Below, one piece after another: positions 25,160-31,861 of a stretch of 64,000 bases of DNA. Made by a program: the position numbers and the translations under genes. Origin of the DNA: a virus; the IMG/VR virus record IMGVR_UViG_3300045988_023906. One strand, 5' to 3'. The notes under the pieces were generated by a model that was not told the DNA's origin, did no database searches, and saw nothing but the letters and a program-made list of their open reading frames with translations. How positions within the stretch are numbered: position 1 is the stretch's first letter; every line of letters begins with the position of its first letter.

Positions 25160-25232
25160 GGGGAGGTAGCATAAATGGATAATGCGCTAGATTTGCACTC
25201 TGGAAGATTAGGTTCGAGTCCCACCTGCTCCA
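25160..25232 (+). tRNA. tRNA-Ala (TGC), weak T stem
   Basis: Acceptor GGGGAGG/CTGCTCC with G3-U70. D stem GCAT/ATGC. Anticodon stem CTAGA/TCTGG with loop TTTGCAC. The T stem has only 3 of 5 pairs. Confidence 0.6.
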
Positions 25233-25316
25233 CATTGTTTTCTTGTTTTTCATAATACTAAGCTTTGCTTGAACCCTCTTTTGGGTAGTTAGAGGTTAAA
25301 GAAACTGCCCTATCAA

Positions 25317-25390
25317 TGCTCCTTAGTTCAGTGGTTCAGAATAGTTCCCTTACAAGGAAAAGGTCATAGGTTCGAGTCCTATAGGAGCAA
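25317..25390 (+). tRNA. tRNA-Val (TAC)
   Basis: Acceptor TGCTCCT/AGGAGCA. Anticodon loop CTTACAA. T arm ATAGG-TTCGAGT-CCTAT. Confidence 0.85.
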
Positions 25391-25395
25391 CTAAT

Positions 25396-25467
25396 GGGGA
25401 TATAGCTGGAAGGTCTATGCACTTGGCTGTTAACCAAGAGATAAAAGTTCGATTCTTTTTATCCCCG
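25396..25467 (+). tRNA. tRNA-Asn (GTT)
   Basis: Acceptor GGGGATA/TATCCCC. Anticodon stem CTTGG/CCAAG with loop CTGTTAA. T arm AAAAG-TTCGATT-CTTTT. Confidence 0.8.
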
Positions 25468-25475
25468 CAAATTCT

Positions 25476-25547
25476 AGGTTCTTAGTTTAATTGGCAAAAC
25501 ACTTCTCTCCAAAAGAAGAGTTATGGGTTCGATTCCTTTAGAATCTG
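25476..25547 (+). tRNA. tRNA-Trp (CCA)
   Basis: Acceptor AGGTTCT/AGAATCT. D stem GTTT/AAAC. Anticodon stem CTTCT/AGAAG with loop CTCCAAA. Confidence 0.85.
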
Positions 25548-25553
25548 CATTAT

Positions 25554-25625
25554 TGGCACATCTTCTAATGGTCAGGAAGCTACTCTGATAAGGTAGTAAT
25601 CAAGGTTCAATTCCTTGTGTGCCAA
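25554..25625 (+). tRNA. tRNA-Ile (GAT)
   Basis: Acceptor TGGCACA/TGTGCCA. Anticodon stem CTACT/GGTAG with loop CTGATAA. T arm CAAGG-TTCAATT-CCTTG. Confidence 0.85.
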
Positions 25626-25631
25626 CTATAT

Positions 25632-25703
25632 TCTGATGTACTTCAATGGTAGAAGGCTGCTCTCATAAGGCAGTAGTTAGTGGTTCAAGTCCACTCATCA
25701 GAA
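25632..25703 (+). tRNA. tRNA-Met (CAT); the elongator, initiator or Ile2 identity is unresolved
   Basis: Acceptor TCTGATG/CATCAGA. D stem CTTC/GAAG. Anticodon loop CTCATAA. T arm AGTGG-TTCAAGT-CCACT. Confidence 0.85.
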
Positions 25704-25723
25704 CTAGGTTAATGCCTTAATAT

Positions 25724-25797
25724 ACTCACTTAGCTCAGTAGGTTAGAGCAGGAATCTTATACATTCAAGGTCAATGGTTCAAGTCCATTAGTGAGTA
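25724..25797 (+). tRNA. tRNA-Ile (TAT), AUA decoder
   Basis: Acceptor ACTCACT/AGTGAGT. D stem GCTC/GAGC. Anticodon loop CTTATAC. T arm AATGG-TTCAAGT-CCATT. Confidence 0.75.
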
Positions 25798-25802
25798 CTA
25801 AT

Positions 25803-25876
25803 GTTCCTATAGCTGAATTGGTTAAAGCAACAGTCTCTTAAACTGTGGACTCTGGGTTCAAGTCCCAGAGGGAACA
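25803..25876 (+). tRNA. tRNA-Lys (CTT)
   Basis: Anticodon stem ACAGT/ACTGT with loop CTCTTAA. T arm CTGGG-TTCAAGT-CCCAG. Confidence 0.75.
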
Positions 25877-25881
25877 CTCAT

Positions 25882-25953
25882 TTCCCTAAAGCATTGGTGG
25901 TAATGCTAGAGACCTTTAATCTCTGGAACTAGGTTCGACTCCTAGTGGGGAAA
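25882..25953 (+). tRNA. tRNA-Lys (TTT), with C at position 33
   Basis: Acceptor TTCCCTA/TGGGGAA. D stem GCAT/ATGC. Anticodon stem AGAGA/TCTCT with loop CCTTTAA. T arm CTAGG-TTCGACT-CCTAG. Confidence 0.7.
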
Positions 25954-25983
25954 CATAATTGTTTAACTCCAAATTTTACAGTT

Positions 25984-26091
25984 ATGAGAAGAGTTCTTGA
26001 TTTTATTAAGAAAGCTGGTAATGTTTATGTAAGAATCATTGCTAAGAGTCAGATGATGACTCCTACAGGGTCTATTCCAATACCGGAATAA
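25984..26091 (+). CDS. possible 35-aa mini-ORF inside the tRNA array
   Basis: Manual translation gives MRRVLDFIKKAGNVYVRIIAKSQMMTPTGSIPIPE. It is below the ORF-track cutoff and has no support beyond being open. Confidence 0.2.
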   Translation: MRRVLDFIKKAGNVYVRIIAKSQMMTPTGSIPIPE

Positions 26092-26117
26092 CCCTTCATT
26101 TGGAGGCAAACTAATTA

Positions 26118-26200
26118 GGGGTAGCTTTAATGTGGTGAATTAAAGCAGACTGTAAATCTGCTGCCATAGGCTATTTAAGGTTCGATTCCTTTCTGCCCCA
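26118..26200 (+). tRNA. tRNA-Tyr (GTA), long variable arm
   Basis: Acceptor GGGGTAG/CTGCCCC. Anticodon stem GCAGA/TCTGC with loop CTGTAAA. T-loop TTCGATT. Confidence 0.85.
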
Positions 26201-26268
26201 CTTCAATAGAAATCAAAGTCCTTGACTTATGGAAGGTGATGCAGGTAGAGACCTAAATAAGTCATTAT

Positions 26269-26343
26269 GGGTGTTAGGCAGGTATGGTTACATTGCGCAG
26301 GTCTGAAAAACCTGAGAATAAAGTTCGATTCTTTGAACACCAG
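26269..26343 (+). tRNA. tRNA-Phe (GAA)
   Basis: D stem GCAG/TTGC. Anticodon stem CAGGT/ACCTG with loop CTGAAAA. T arm TAAAG-TTCGATT-CTTTG. G1-A72 is a mismatch. Confidence 0.8.
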
Positions 26344-26354
26344 CTATATATAAT

Positions 26355-26442
26355 GCCCTCTTGGTGGAACAGGTAGACACAATAGCCTTAGAAGCTATGC
26401 TGAAGTAATAGTAAGGTAAGAGTTCGAGTCTCTTAGAGGGTA
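26355..26442 (+). tRNA. tRNA-Leu (TAG), long variable arm
   Basis: Acceptor GCCCTCT/AGAGGGT. Anticodon stem ATAGC/GCTAT with loop CTTAGAA. T arm AAGAG-TTCGAGT-CTCTT. Confidence 0.85.
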
Positions 26443-26474
26443 CTAAAAATAATTTGAAAATAGTTAGGAAAATA

Positions 26475-26506
26475 TTTGGTAGTTCCAATTATGTTGCTTA
26501 ACTTTG
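26475..26506 (+). promoter_or_regulatory. Bacteroides-type promoter (-33 TTTG, 20-nt spacer, -7 TAACTTTG)
   Basis: TTTG lies at 26475-26478 and TAACTTTG at 26499-26506. It is 20 nt upstream of the ATG at 26527. Confidence 0.55.
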
Positions 26507-26526
26507 CATTATTAAAATAAGAGAAT

Positions 26527-26973
26527 ATGTTTGAAGAAGATAGCCTATTTACTCCAATGGAATCAAGCAGAAGTACGGAAGTATCTGGTTCTCAGTTCTT
26601 TATTAACTTCTTAAATCAACTTGAAGGTTGGAAAACTAAGTGTAAGAACTTGCATTGGGCAGCACCTAAGAAAAATATCCATGTATATCTTGATGAGTTC
26701 CTTGATATATTGTCAGACTATCAGGATGGTCTTGCAGAAGGATATATGGGAATACTTGGTAAAATGCAACCTAATGCTATCAAGGGAACTCCAAGTGATG
26801 CACTGAATGCTTTTGACTTTATAAGTGAAGTTAAGTCTGCTACTATTGCATTTTATGATAAGATTCCTCAAGAGACTGCTTATAAAGGTATAGCATCTGA
26901 GTGTGAGACCTTTATTCAGAATATCAACAAGTATGACTACTTATTCCACTTATGTGATATAAGGCCATATTAA
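26527..26973 (+). CDS. Dps/ferritin-like four-helix-bundle protein
   Basis: 148 aa. KNLHWAAPKKNIHVYLDEFLDILSDYQDGLAE resembles the Dps signature (HW...H..lDef....D.iAE). Confidence 0.45.
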   Translation: MFEEDSLFTPMESSRSTEVSGSQFFINFLNQLEGWKTKCKNLHWAAPKKNIHVYLDEFLDILSDYQDGLAEGYMGILGKMQPNAIKGTPSDALNAFDFISEVKSATIAFYDKIPQETAYKGIASECETFIQNINKYDYLFHLCDIRPY

Positions 26974-26979
26974 GACACT

Positions 26980-27052
26980 GTCCCCTTAGTGTTAATGGTT
27001 AGCAAGCTTGTCTTGTAAACAAGAAGAGAAGGTTCAAATCCTTTAGGGGACT
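26980..27052 (+). tRNA. tRNA-Thr (TGT)
   Basis: Acceptor GTCCCCT/AGGGGAC. Anticodon stem CTTGT/ACAAG with loop CTTGTAA. T-loop TTCAAAT. Confidence 0.85.
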
Positions 27053-27239
27053 CACAAGTTACTAAAAGCTGTCTTATCTACAGTGAGAGAGTAACACTCA
27101 ATGCTACTAGATAAACCTCGGCAGGAGCTGACCTGCGCCACTGAAATTAAAAAGCTCAATGAGGTGTAGGTGATTGAGGGTGCAAGTTAAGGTGATACTT
27201 GCAATGCCTAAGTACCAGTTGCCCAAATCTTAGGCTCTT
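27053..27239 (+). ncRNA. structured 187-nt spacer inside the tRNA array (unclassified)
   Basis: Five hairpins by eye: TTATCTA...TAGATAA, GCAGG-AGCTGA-CCTGC, CTCAAT...ATTGAG, TGCAAGT...ACTTGCA and GCCTAAG...CTTAGGC. There is no ORF and no tRNA cloverleaf. Confidence 0.25.
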
Positions 27240-27311
27240 GTAGATATGGTGTTAGTGGTAGCATATGACATTGCCAATGTCAAGGGGTCAGTTCAAGTCT
27301 GATTATCTACT
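27240..27311 (+). tRNA. tRNA-Gly (GCC)
   Basis: Acceptor GTAGATA/TATCTAC. Anticodon stem TGACA/TGTCA with loop TTGCCAA. T arm GTCAG-TTCAAGT-CTGAT. Confidence 0.85.
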
Positions 27312-27315
27312 CAAT

Positions 27316-27386
27316 GTGGGATTAGTGTAATGGTAACATGTAACCCTTCCAAGGTTAATTTGACAGTTCGAGTCTGTTATCCCACT
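27316..27386 (+). tRNA. tRNA-Gly (TCC)
   Basis: Acceptor GTGGGAT/ATCCCAC. Anticodon stem TAACC/GGTTA with loop CTTCCAA. T-loop TTCGAGT. Confidence 0.85.
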
Positions 27387-27394
27387 CTAACATC

Positions 27395-27462
27395 GCGGGG
27401 AGAATTGGTATTCAATCCAGTCTCATAAGCTGGACTCCAAGTGTTCGATTCACTTCTCCGCA
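27395..27462 (+). tRNA. compact tRNA-like gene with CAT anticodon (68 nt)
   Basis: Acceptor GCGGGGA/TCTCCGC. Short D arm ATTG-GTATT-CAAT. Anticodon stem CCAGT/GCTGG with loop CTCATAA. T-loop TTCGATT. The junction numbering is irregular. Confidence 0.5.
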
Positions 27463-27477
27463 ACTAATTTAGATAAT

Positions 27478-27675
27478 ATGGAAGAGATAGAAAAGGCAGA
27501 GATGACAAGGACCAAAAAGACCAATGGTTCAGAGGTTCATCAAGTTATGACTGCATTAACTGATACTACAATCAGAGGTATTGTAAGGTCAGCCAATGAG
27601 GAAGGAATTAAGAGAGAGGATATAGTTTCTCTACTTAAAGAAAATGGTCAGTTTGTATTAATCTACTTTAGATAA
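27478..27675 (+). CDS. hypothetical small protein
   Basis: 65-aa ORF. Confidence 0.4.
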   Translation: MEEIEKAEMTRTKKTNGSEVHQVMTALTDTTIRGIVRSANEEGIKREDIVSLLKENGQFVLIYFR

Positions 27676-27682
27676 AAACATT

Positions 27683-28012
27683 ATGGAAATGGAAGAGCAG
27701 AAGACAATAGAAAGACCCTTGATGAGTGAAGAGGAGTTCAAGGATTATATGGAGAAGAATAGAGTAGATATTGTGGGAGATTTCTATGGAAAAGGTATTC
27801 TTCACCTAAGAACTTATGAAGCAGTAAGCAAGTTCAAGTCTGTAAGGAGAGCAATCAGAAGAGGTCATGTATCTCTTGATGGTATTATCTTCCCTAAGAG
27901 ACCTTTCAATAATAAGGCTAATACTTGTAAGAGAAAGGGACATCACAGTAGGACTATTAATGAAAGAAAGAAGATGATTTATGAGCAACTTAAACACAGA
28001 AAATCAGCCTAA
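27683..28012 (+). CDS. hypothetical basic protein
   Basis: 109-aa ORF with a Lys/Arg-rich C-terminus. Confidence 0.45.
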   Translation: MEMEEQKTIERPLMSEEEFKDYMEKNRVDIVGDFYGKGILHLRTYEAVSKFKSVRRAIRRGHVSLDGIIFPKRPFNNKANTCKRKGHHSRTINERKKMIYEQLKHRKSA

Positions 28013-28202
28013 TGATTACAATGAAGTGCCAGTATTATACTGCAAGCATTGTCTATCATTGAATATTAGGAACATTCCGAGAATGGAGGATTCAGATTAC
28101 TGTGATGAGTGTGGCTCCACTGATATAGGAGAATGTTCAATAGAAGAGTGGGAGACTCTATACAAGAATAGATATGGACATAAATTCCTTGAAGAGTATT
28201 AA
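27981..28202 (+). CDS. zinc-ribbon protein
   Basis: 73 aa with CKHC...CDEC four-Cys spacing. Confidence 0.45.
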   Translation: MSNLNTENQPNDYNEVPVLYCKHCLSLNIRNIPRMEDSDYCDECGSTDIGECSIEEWETLYKNRYGHKFLEEY

Positions 28203-28222
28203 CAACTTAATTACAAATTAAA

Positions 28223-28555
28223 ATGGAAGAGCAGAAGGGAAAGGTTGTAGAGATGCAACCAACAACAAAGGAAACAGAGAGACCTGAAAAGATGTCTTAT
28301 GAGCAGTTAGAGAACATAGCTCATCAGCTTAGTGAGCAGGCTAAGCAGTTATATATGAAGCTGCAAGCTGCTAATATGGGTAACATGTTCAAGAGACTTG
28401 ACTACTTGTTTAAGGTAGTGGAGAATGGACATATGTTTAAGCAAGACTTCCTTGAGAAGTGTATTGCTGAGATTGAGGAGCTTATGACAGTTCCTGAAGA
28501 GGTTGAGGAAGATAATAAGGAAGAGGAAACACCAGATATTAAAACTGAAGAGTAA
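28223..28555 (+). CDS. hypothetical acidic coiled-coil protein
   Basis: 110-aa ORF. Confidence 0.5.
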   Translation: MEEQKGKVVEMQPTTKETERPEKMSYEQLENIAHQLSEQAKQLYMKLQAANMGNMFKRLDYLFKVVENGHMFKQDFLEKCIAEIEELMTVPEEVEEDNKEEETPDIKTEE

Positions 28556-28560
28556 GATAC

Positions 28561-29058
28561 ATGATGAAGGAAGAGTGGAGAGATATAGAAGGATATAATG
28601 GATTATATCAAGTATCCAATCTTGGTAGAGTTAGGTGTGTTAGGATATTAAAACCTGCGTTTACTGAAGATGGCTACTTAAAAGTAGTTCTTCAGGATAA
28701 AAGAAATATTAAAACATCTACTATACACAGGTTAGTAGCTAAATCTTTCCTATCTGATTATTCTGATGATTTACAAGTGAATCATAAGAATGAAGTTAAA
28801 ACTGATAACAGAGTAGAAAATCTTGAAATGTTATCTTCAAAAGATAACAATAACTATGGTAGCAGAAATGAAAGAATATCTAAAGCTTTGGGGAAAAGAG
28901 TCATTCAACTTACTATATTCAATGAACCTATAGCTGAATACTATTCTACATCTCAAGCATCAAAACAAACTGGTATTTCTCATAGAAATATTGCTACCTG
29001 CTGTAGGGGAGAGAGAATTTCTGCTGGAGGGTATAAATGGAAATATAAAGATGGTTAA
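28561..29058 (+). mobile_element. HNH homing endonuclease (NUMOD4 + HNH_3 + C-terminal HTH)
   Basis: 165 aa. EEWRDIEGYNGLYQVSNLGRVR is NUMOD4. VNHKNEVKTDNRVENLE is the HNH motif. The C-terminus reads ASKQTGISHRNIATCCRGERISAGGYKWKY. Confidence 0.8.
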
Positions 29059-29434
29059 GAAAGCAAATAACATCGTCAGGATACCCACTTCATTAAATGG
29101 TAAATTCTTTAGATATTGGTTTGAATTTTTAGAGCCTTTTCATAAGCTAACTGATAGAGAGATTGATGTAATTACATCCTTTGTCAAGCAAAGATATGAA
29201 CTCAGTAAAGTTATCAAGGATAATGAGATACTTGATAAGGTTACAATGAGTGAAGATACAAAGAAGAAAGTAAGGGAAGAGTGTAATATCACTCTCCCAC
29301 ACTTTCAGGTAATTATGGGCAAGCTAAGGAAGAATAAAGTTATCATTGATGGTAAGATTAATCCAAGGTTTATTCCCAACATTGATGAAGAGACTGGCAC
29401 TTTCCAACTATTGTTACTTTTTGAATTGAAATGA
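29051..29434 (+). CDS. hypothetical protein
   Basis: The ORF track starts at 28991. I prefer Met21 (MVKKANN) because it overlaps the upstream stop by only 8 nt. Confidence 0.5.
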   Translation: MVKKANNIVRIPTSLNGKFFRYWFEFLEPFHKLTDREIDVITSFVKQRYELSKVIKDNEILDKVTMSEDTKKKVREECNITLPHFQVIMGKLRKNKVIIDGKINPRFIPNIDEETGTFQLLLLFELK

Positions 29435-29700
29435 ATTATCCTGATATAATTGGTAAGGTTTCTGAAGAGTTGAATTTACCTAAAGAAGTGGTAGATAAAA
29501 CATATAAGGCATTTTGGTTATTTATTAACCAATCCATACAGTCCTTGCCATTAAAGGAGAATCTTAATGAAGAGGATTTTGCTAAGTTAAGAACAAATTT
29601 CAACATTCCATCACTGGGTAAACTGACTTGCACTTATGATAGGATGTTAGGTATGAAAAAGAGACTCAAGTTTATTAAACAGATAAGGGAGAAGAGATGA
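29431..29700 (+). CDS. possible HU/IHF-like DNA-binding protein
   Basis: 89 aa. The N-terminal helix pattern (IIGKVSEELNLPKEVVDKTYKAFWLFI) and NIPSLGKLT resemble the HU/IHF fold. Confidence 0.35.
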   Translation: MNYPDIIGKVSEELNLPKEVVDKTYKAFWLFINQSIQSLPLKENLNEEDFAKLRTNFNIPSLGKLTCTYDRMLGMKKRLKFIKQIREKR

Positions 29701-30005
29701 AGAAATTGTTTATTAGTCAGCCCATGAAGGGTAAGACAAATGAAGAAATAGAAGCTGAAAGAGCCAAAGCTGTGGAAGAGGCTAAGGCAGTACTCAATGA
29801 TGATGTGGAAGTGATTGATAGCTTCTTCAAAGATGCACCAGTAGATGCAAGACCTCTGTGGTTCTTGGGTAAATCAATTGAGCTATTATCTGTGGCAGAT
29901 GCTGCATATTTTGCTAAAGACTGGGACAAATATAGAGGTTGTAAGATTGAGCACTCTTGTGCTGTAGAATATGGTATAAAAGTTATTGAGTATGTTGAAG
30001 GTTAA
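29697..30005 (+). CDS. hypothetical protein (weak resemblance to DUF4406 / deoxyribosyltransferase-like N-terminus)
   Basis: 102 aa, with KLFISQPMKGKT near the N-terminus. Confidence 0.4.
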   Translation: MKKLFISQPMKGKTNEEIEAERAKAVEEAKAVLNDDVEVIDSFFKDAPVDARPLWFLGKSIELLSVADAAYFAKDWDKYRGCKIEHSCAVEYGIKVIEYVEG

Positions 30006-30411
30006 GAAAATAAAGCCAATGTTCACTGCACTTATCACTACAATGGATAAGTATGAACATGATGTAACTACAAGAGGTGGTCTAATTGATACTACTAAGC
30101 AGCAGGGTGGATTAAAAGAATATCAAACTGTACTTGCAGTAGGTAGTTCAGTAAGAGATATAAAGGTAGGTGATATAGTGTGTGTAAACCCTACAAGGTT
30201 TGCAGTAAGAAAACATCAAGCAGGCACTCTTAAAGATGGAATTGTAACTGACAATCCTGTTACTACTTACAATTTTGATGTTGTTGAGATGGATGGAAAG
30301 CAGTGTCTATTGCTACAGGATAGGGATATTGACTTCATTATTGATGAATGGGAAGAAGTTCCAGATACTCAGCCACAAGTATATGTGCCAGACAAAAAGC
30401 TTATTGTTTAA
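29986..30411 (+). CDS. GroES-like co-chaperonin fold protein
   Basis: 141 aa. KPMFTALITT...TRGGLIDTT...EYQTVLAVGSSVRDIKVGDIVCVNPTRF parallels GroES (P..drvlv...t.gGi.l......g.VvAVG.g...vkvGD.V.f). Confidence 0.45.
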   Translation: MSMLKVKKIKPMFTALITTMDKYEHDVTTRGGLIDTTKQQGGLKEYQTVLAVGSSVRDIKVGDIVCVNPTRFAVRKHQAGTLKDGIVTDNPVTTYNFDVVEMDGKQCLLLQDRDIDFIIDEWEEVPDTQPQVYVPDKKLIV

Positions 30412-30922
30412 GACTTGTTCTTGCTGTAATAGAACTTTGCCTATGGATAATTTTTATACCAGAAGTTATAAAGATAGGAATGGCAACATCCATAAGTATC
30501 CTGATTCTAAGTGCAAAGATTGTAAAAATGCTTACAGCAGGAATTATAATAATGTAAATAAGGATGCACTGAAGAATCTCCACAAAGAGTGGAGAGATAA
30601 GAATAAAACAAAAGTCAAATCTTATAGAGATAAGTGGAGAAGAGAACATCCAAACTACTATAAAGAATGGGCTGAAAGAAATAAGTCTAAAATCAGACTC
30701 TCACAGATTAAGTATAATTATAATTTAACTGAAGAAGAGTATGAAGCTTTACCAAAAGCTTGTGAAGTGTGTGGAAATACAGAAAATCTATGTATAGACC
30801 ATGACCATATTACAGGAAAGGTTAGAGGAGTATTATGCTCAAGATGTAATTCAGCTCTTGGCTTACTGGGAGATAGTAAAGAAGTCATACTAAAGTTGGC
30901 TTCATATATAGAAAAGCAGTAG
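30383..30922 (+). mobile_element. Endonuclease VII-type HNH nuclease
   Basis: CEVCGNTENLCIDHDHITGKVRGVLCSRCNSALGLL is the Endonuclease_7 signature. The start is set at Met37 of ORF 30275-30922 to keep the N-terminal CSCC zinc motif. Confidence 0.75.
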
Positions 30923-30945
30923 TGAAAACTACTGCTTTTTTTTTT
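30916..30945 (+). terminator. rho-independent terminator
   Basis: GCAGTAG-TGAAAA-CTACTGC followed by T10. Confidence 0.8.
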
Positions 30946-30965
30946 GAAAAAAAAAAAGAAAAGTT

Positions 30966-31505
30966 ATGATGAAATTACTTAAATATGAAGGTTATAAGGT
31001 TGTGATAGAACCAGAGCTTTTAACATTAAAGCCCTTCAAACAAATATGGACAAGAGATAAAACAGTGAATAAGGACAAAGCCTTAGCAGAAATTGCTTTC
31101 ATCTATTTTATGACTGACCCAAGAAGTGACTATCAATACCTTGTAGATGACAAGGAGAGAATGGAAGCCATTAAAGAGGGAGAAGGATTACCTCCTAAAT
31201 GGGAACCAGACAAGATAGTAACAGGAGCAATGGAATTTTATAAATCATTTAAGCCAATCTCTGCACTACTCCTTGAAGACACGAGGTTTATGGTTAATAA
31301 GTTTAGAGCAAAACTAAGAGAGCTGGACTTTGATAGTCTTGAGGTTAAGGAGTTTAAGGAGATTACAGCCATTGTGAAACAGATTACACCTCTCATTAGA
31401 GATTTGGATGAGGCTGAGAAAGCACTTAACTCTGAAATGAGGAGTTCAGGTAAGATGAGGGGACAGGGAGAAAAGACTATATTTGAAGATGACTTGGCAC
31501 TATAA
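30966..31505 (+). CDS. hypothetical protein (a small-terminase role is suggested by position only)
   Basis: 179-aa ORF that opens the late operon upstream of TerL. Confidence 0.5.
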   Translation: MMKLLKYEGYKVVIEPELLTLKPFKQIWTRDKTVNKDKALAEIAFIYFMTDPRSDYQYLVDDKERMEAIKEGEGLPPKWEPDKIVTGAMEFYKSFKPISALLLEDTRFMVNKFRAKLRELDFDSLEVKEFKEITAIVKQITPLIRDLDEAEKALNSEMRSSGKMRGQGEKTIFEDDLAL

Positions 31506-31507
31506 CT

Positions 31508-31861
31508 ATGAAAGCAGAAGATATTATAGAAGGGCTTAATAAACATATTGAGACAAGGAGAAGTGAGAGGGGAATTGAGAATGTAGGGCACATGGCATTA
31601 CAGAAAGAAATCATGCCTCATTCCTCATTCAAGGTTTATAAGATTTACAAGTACACTCTTTGGTTCACTAAGAGAGGTAAATCTTATAGAGTAATAACAG
31701 TACAGCATACTGCTAAGGTTCCTGATGGTCAGGAAGAGAATATGTTAAGAGAGATGAATATCATGTTGAGTACACTAATATTCAATTGGATAGGCTCTGA
31801 TTTTTATGAAGCAGTTATAAAGGGAGAATATAATGGAGTTTCAGAAAATACCAATGAATAA
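31508..31861 (+). CDS. hypothetical protein
   Basis: 117-aa ORF overlapping the TerL start. Confidence 0.5.
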   Translation: MKAEDIIEGLNKHIETRRSERGIENVGHMALQKEIMPHSSFKVYKIYKYTLWFTKRGKSYRVITVQHTAKVPDGQEENMLREMNIMLSTLIFNWIGSDFYEAVIKGEYNGVSENTNE

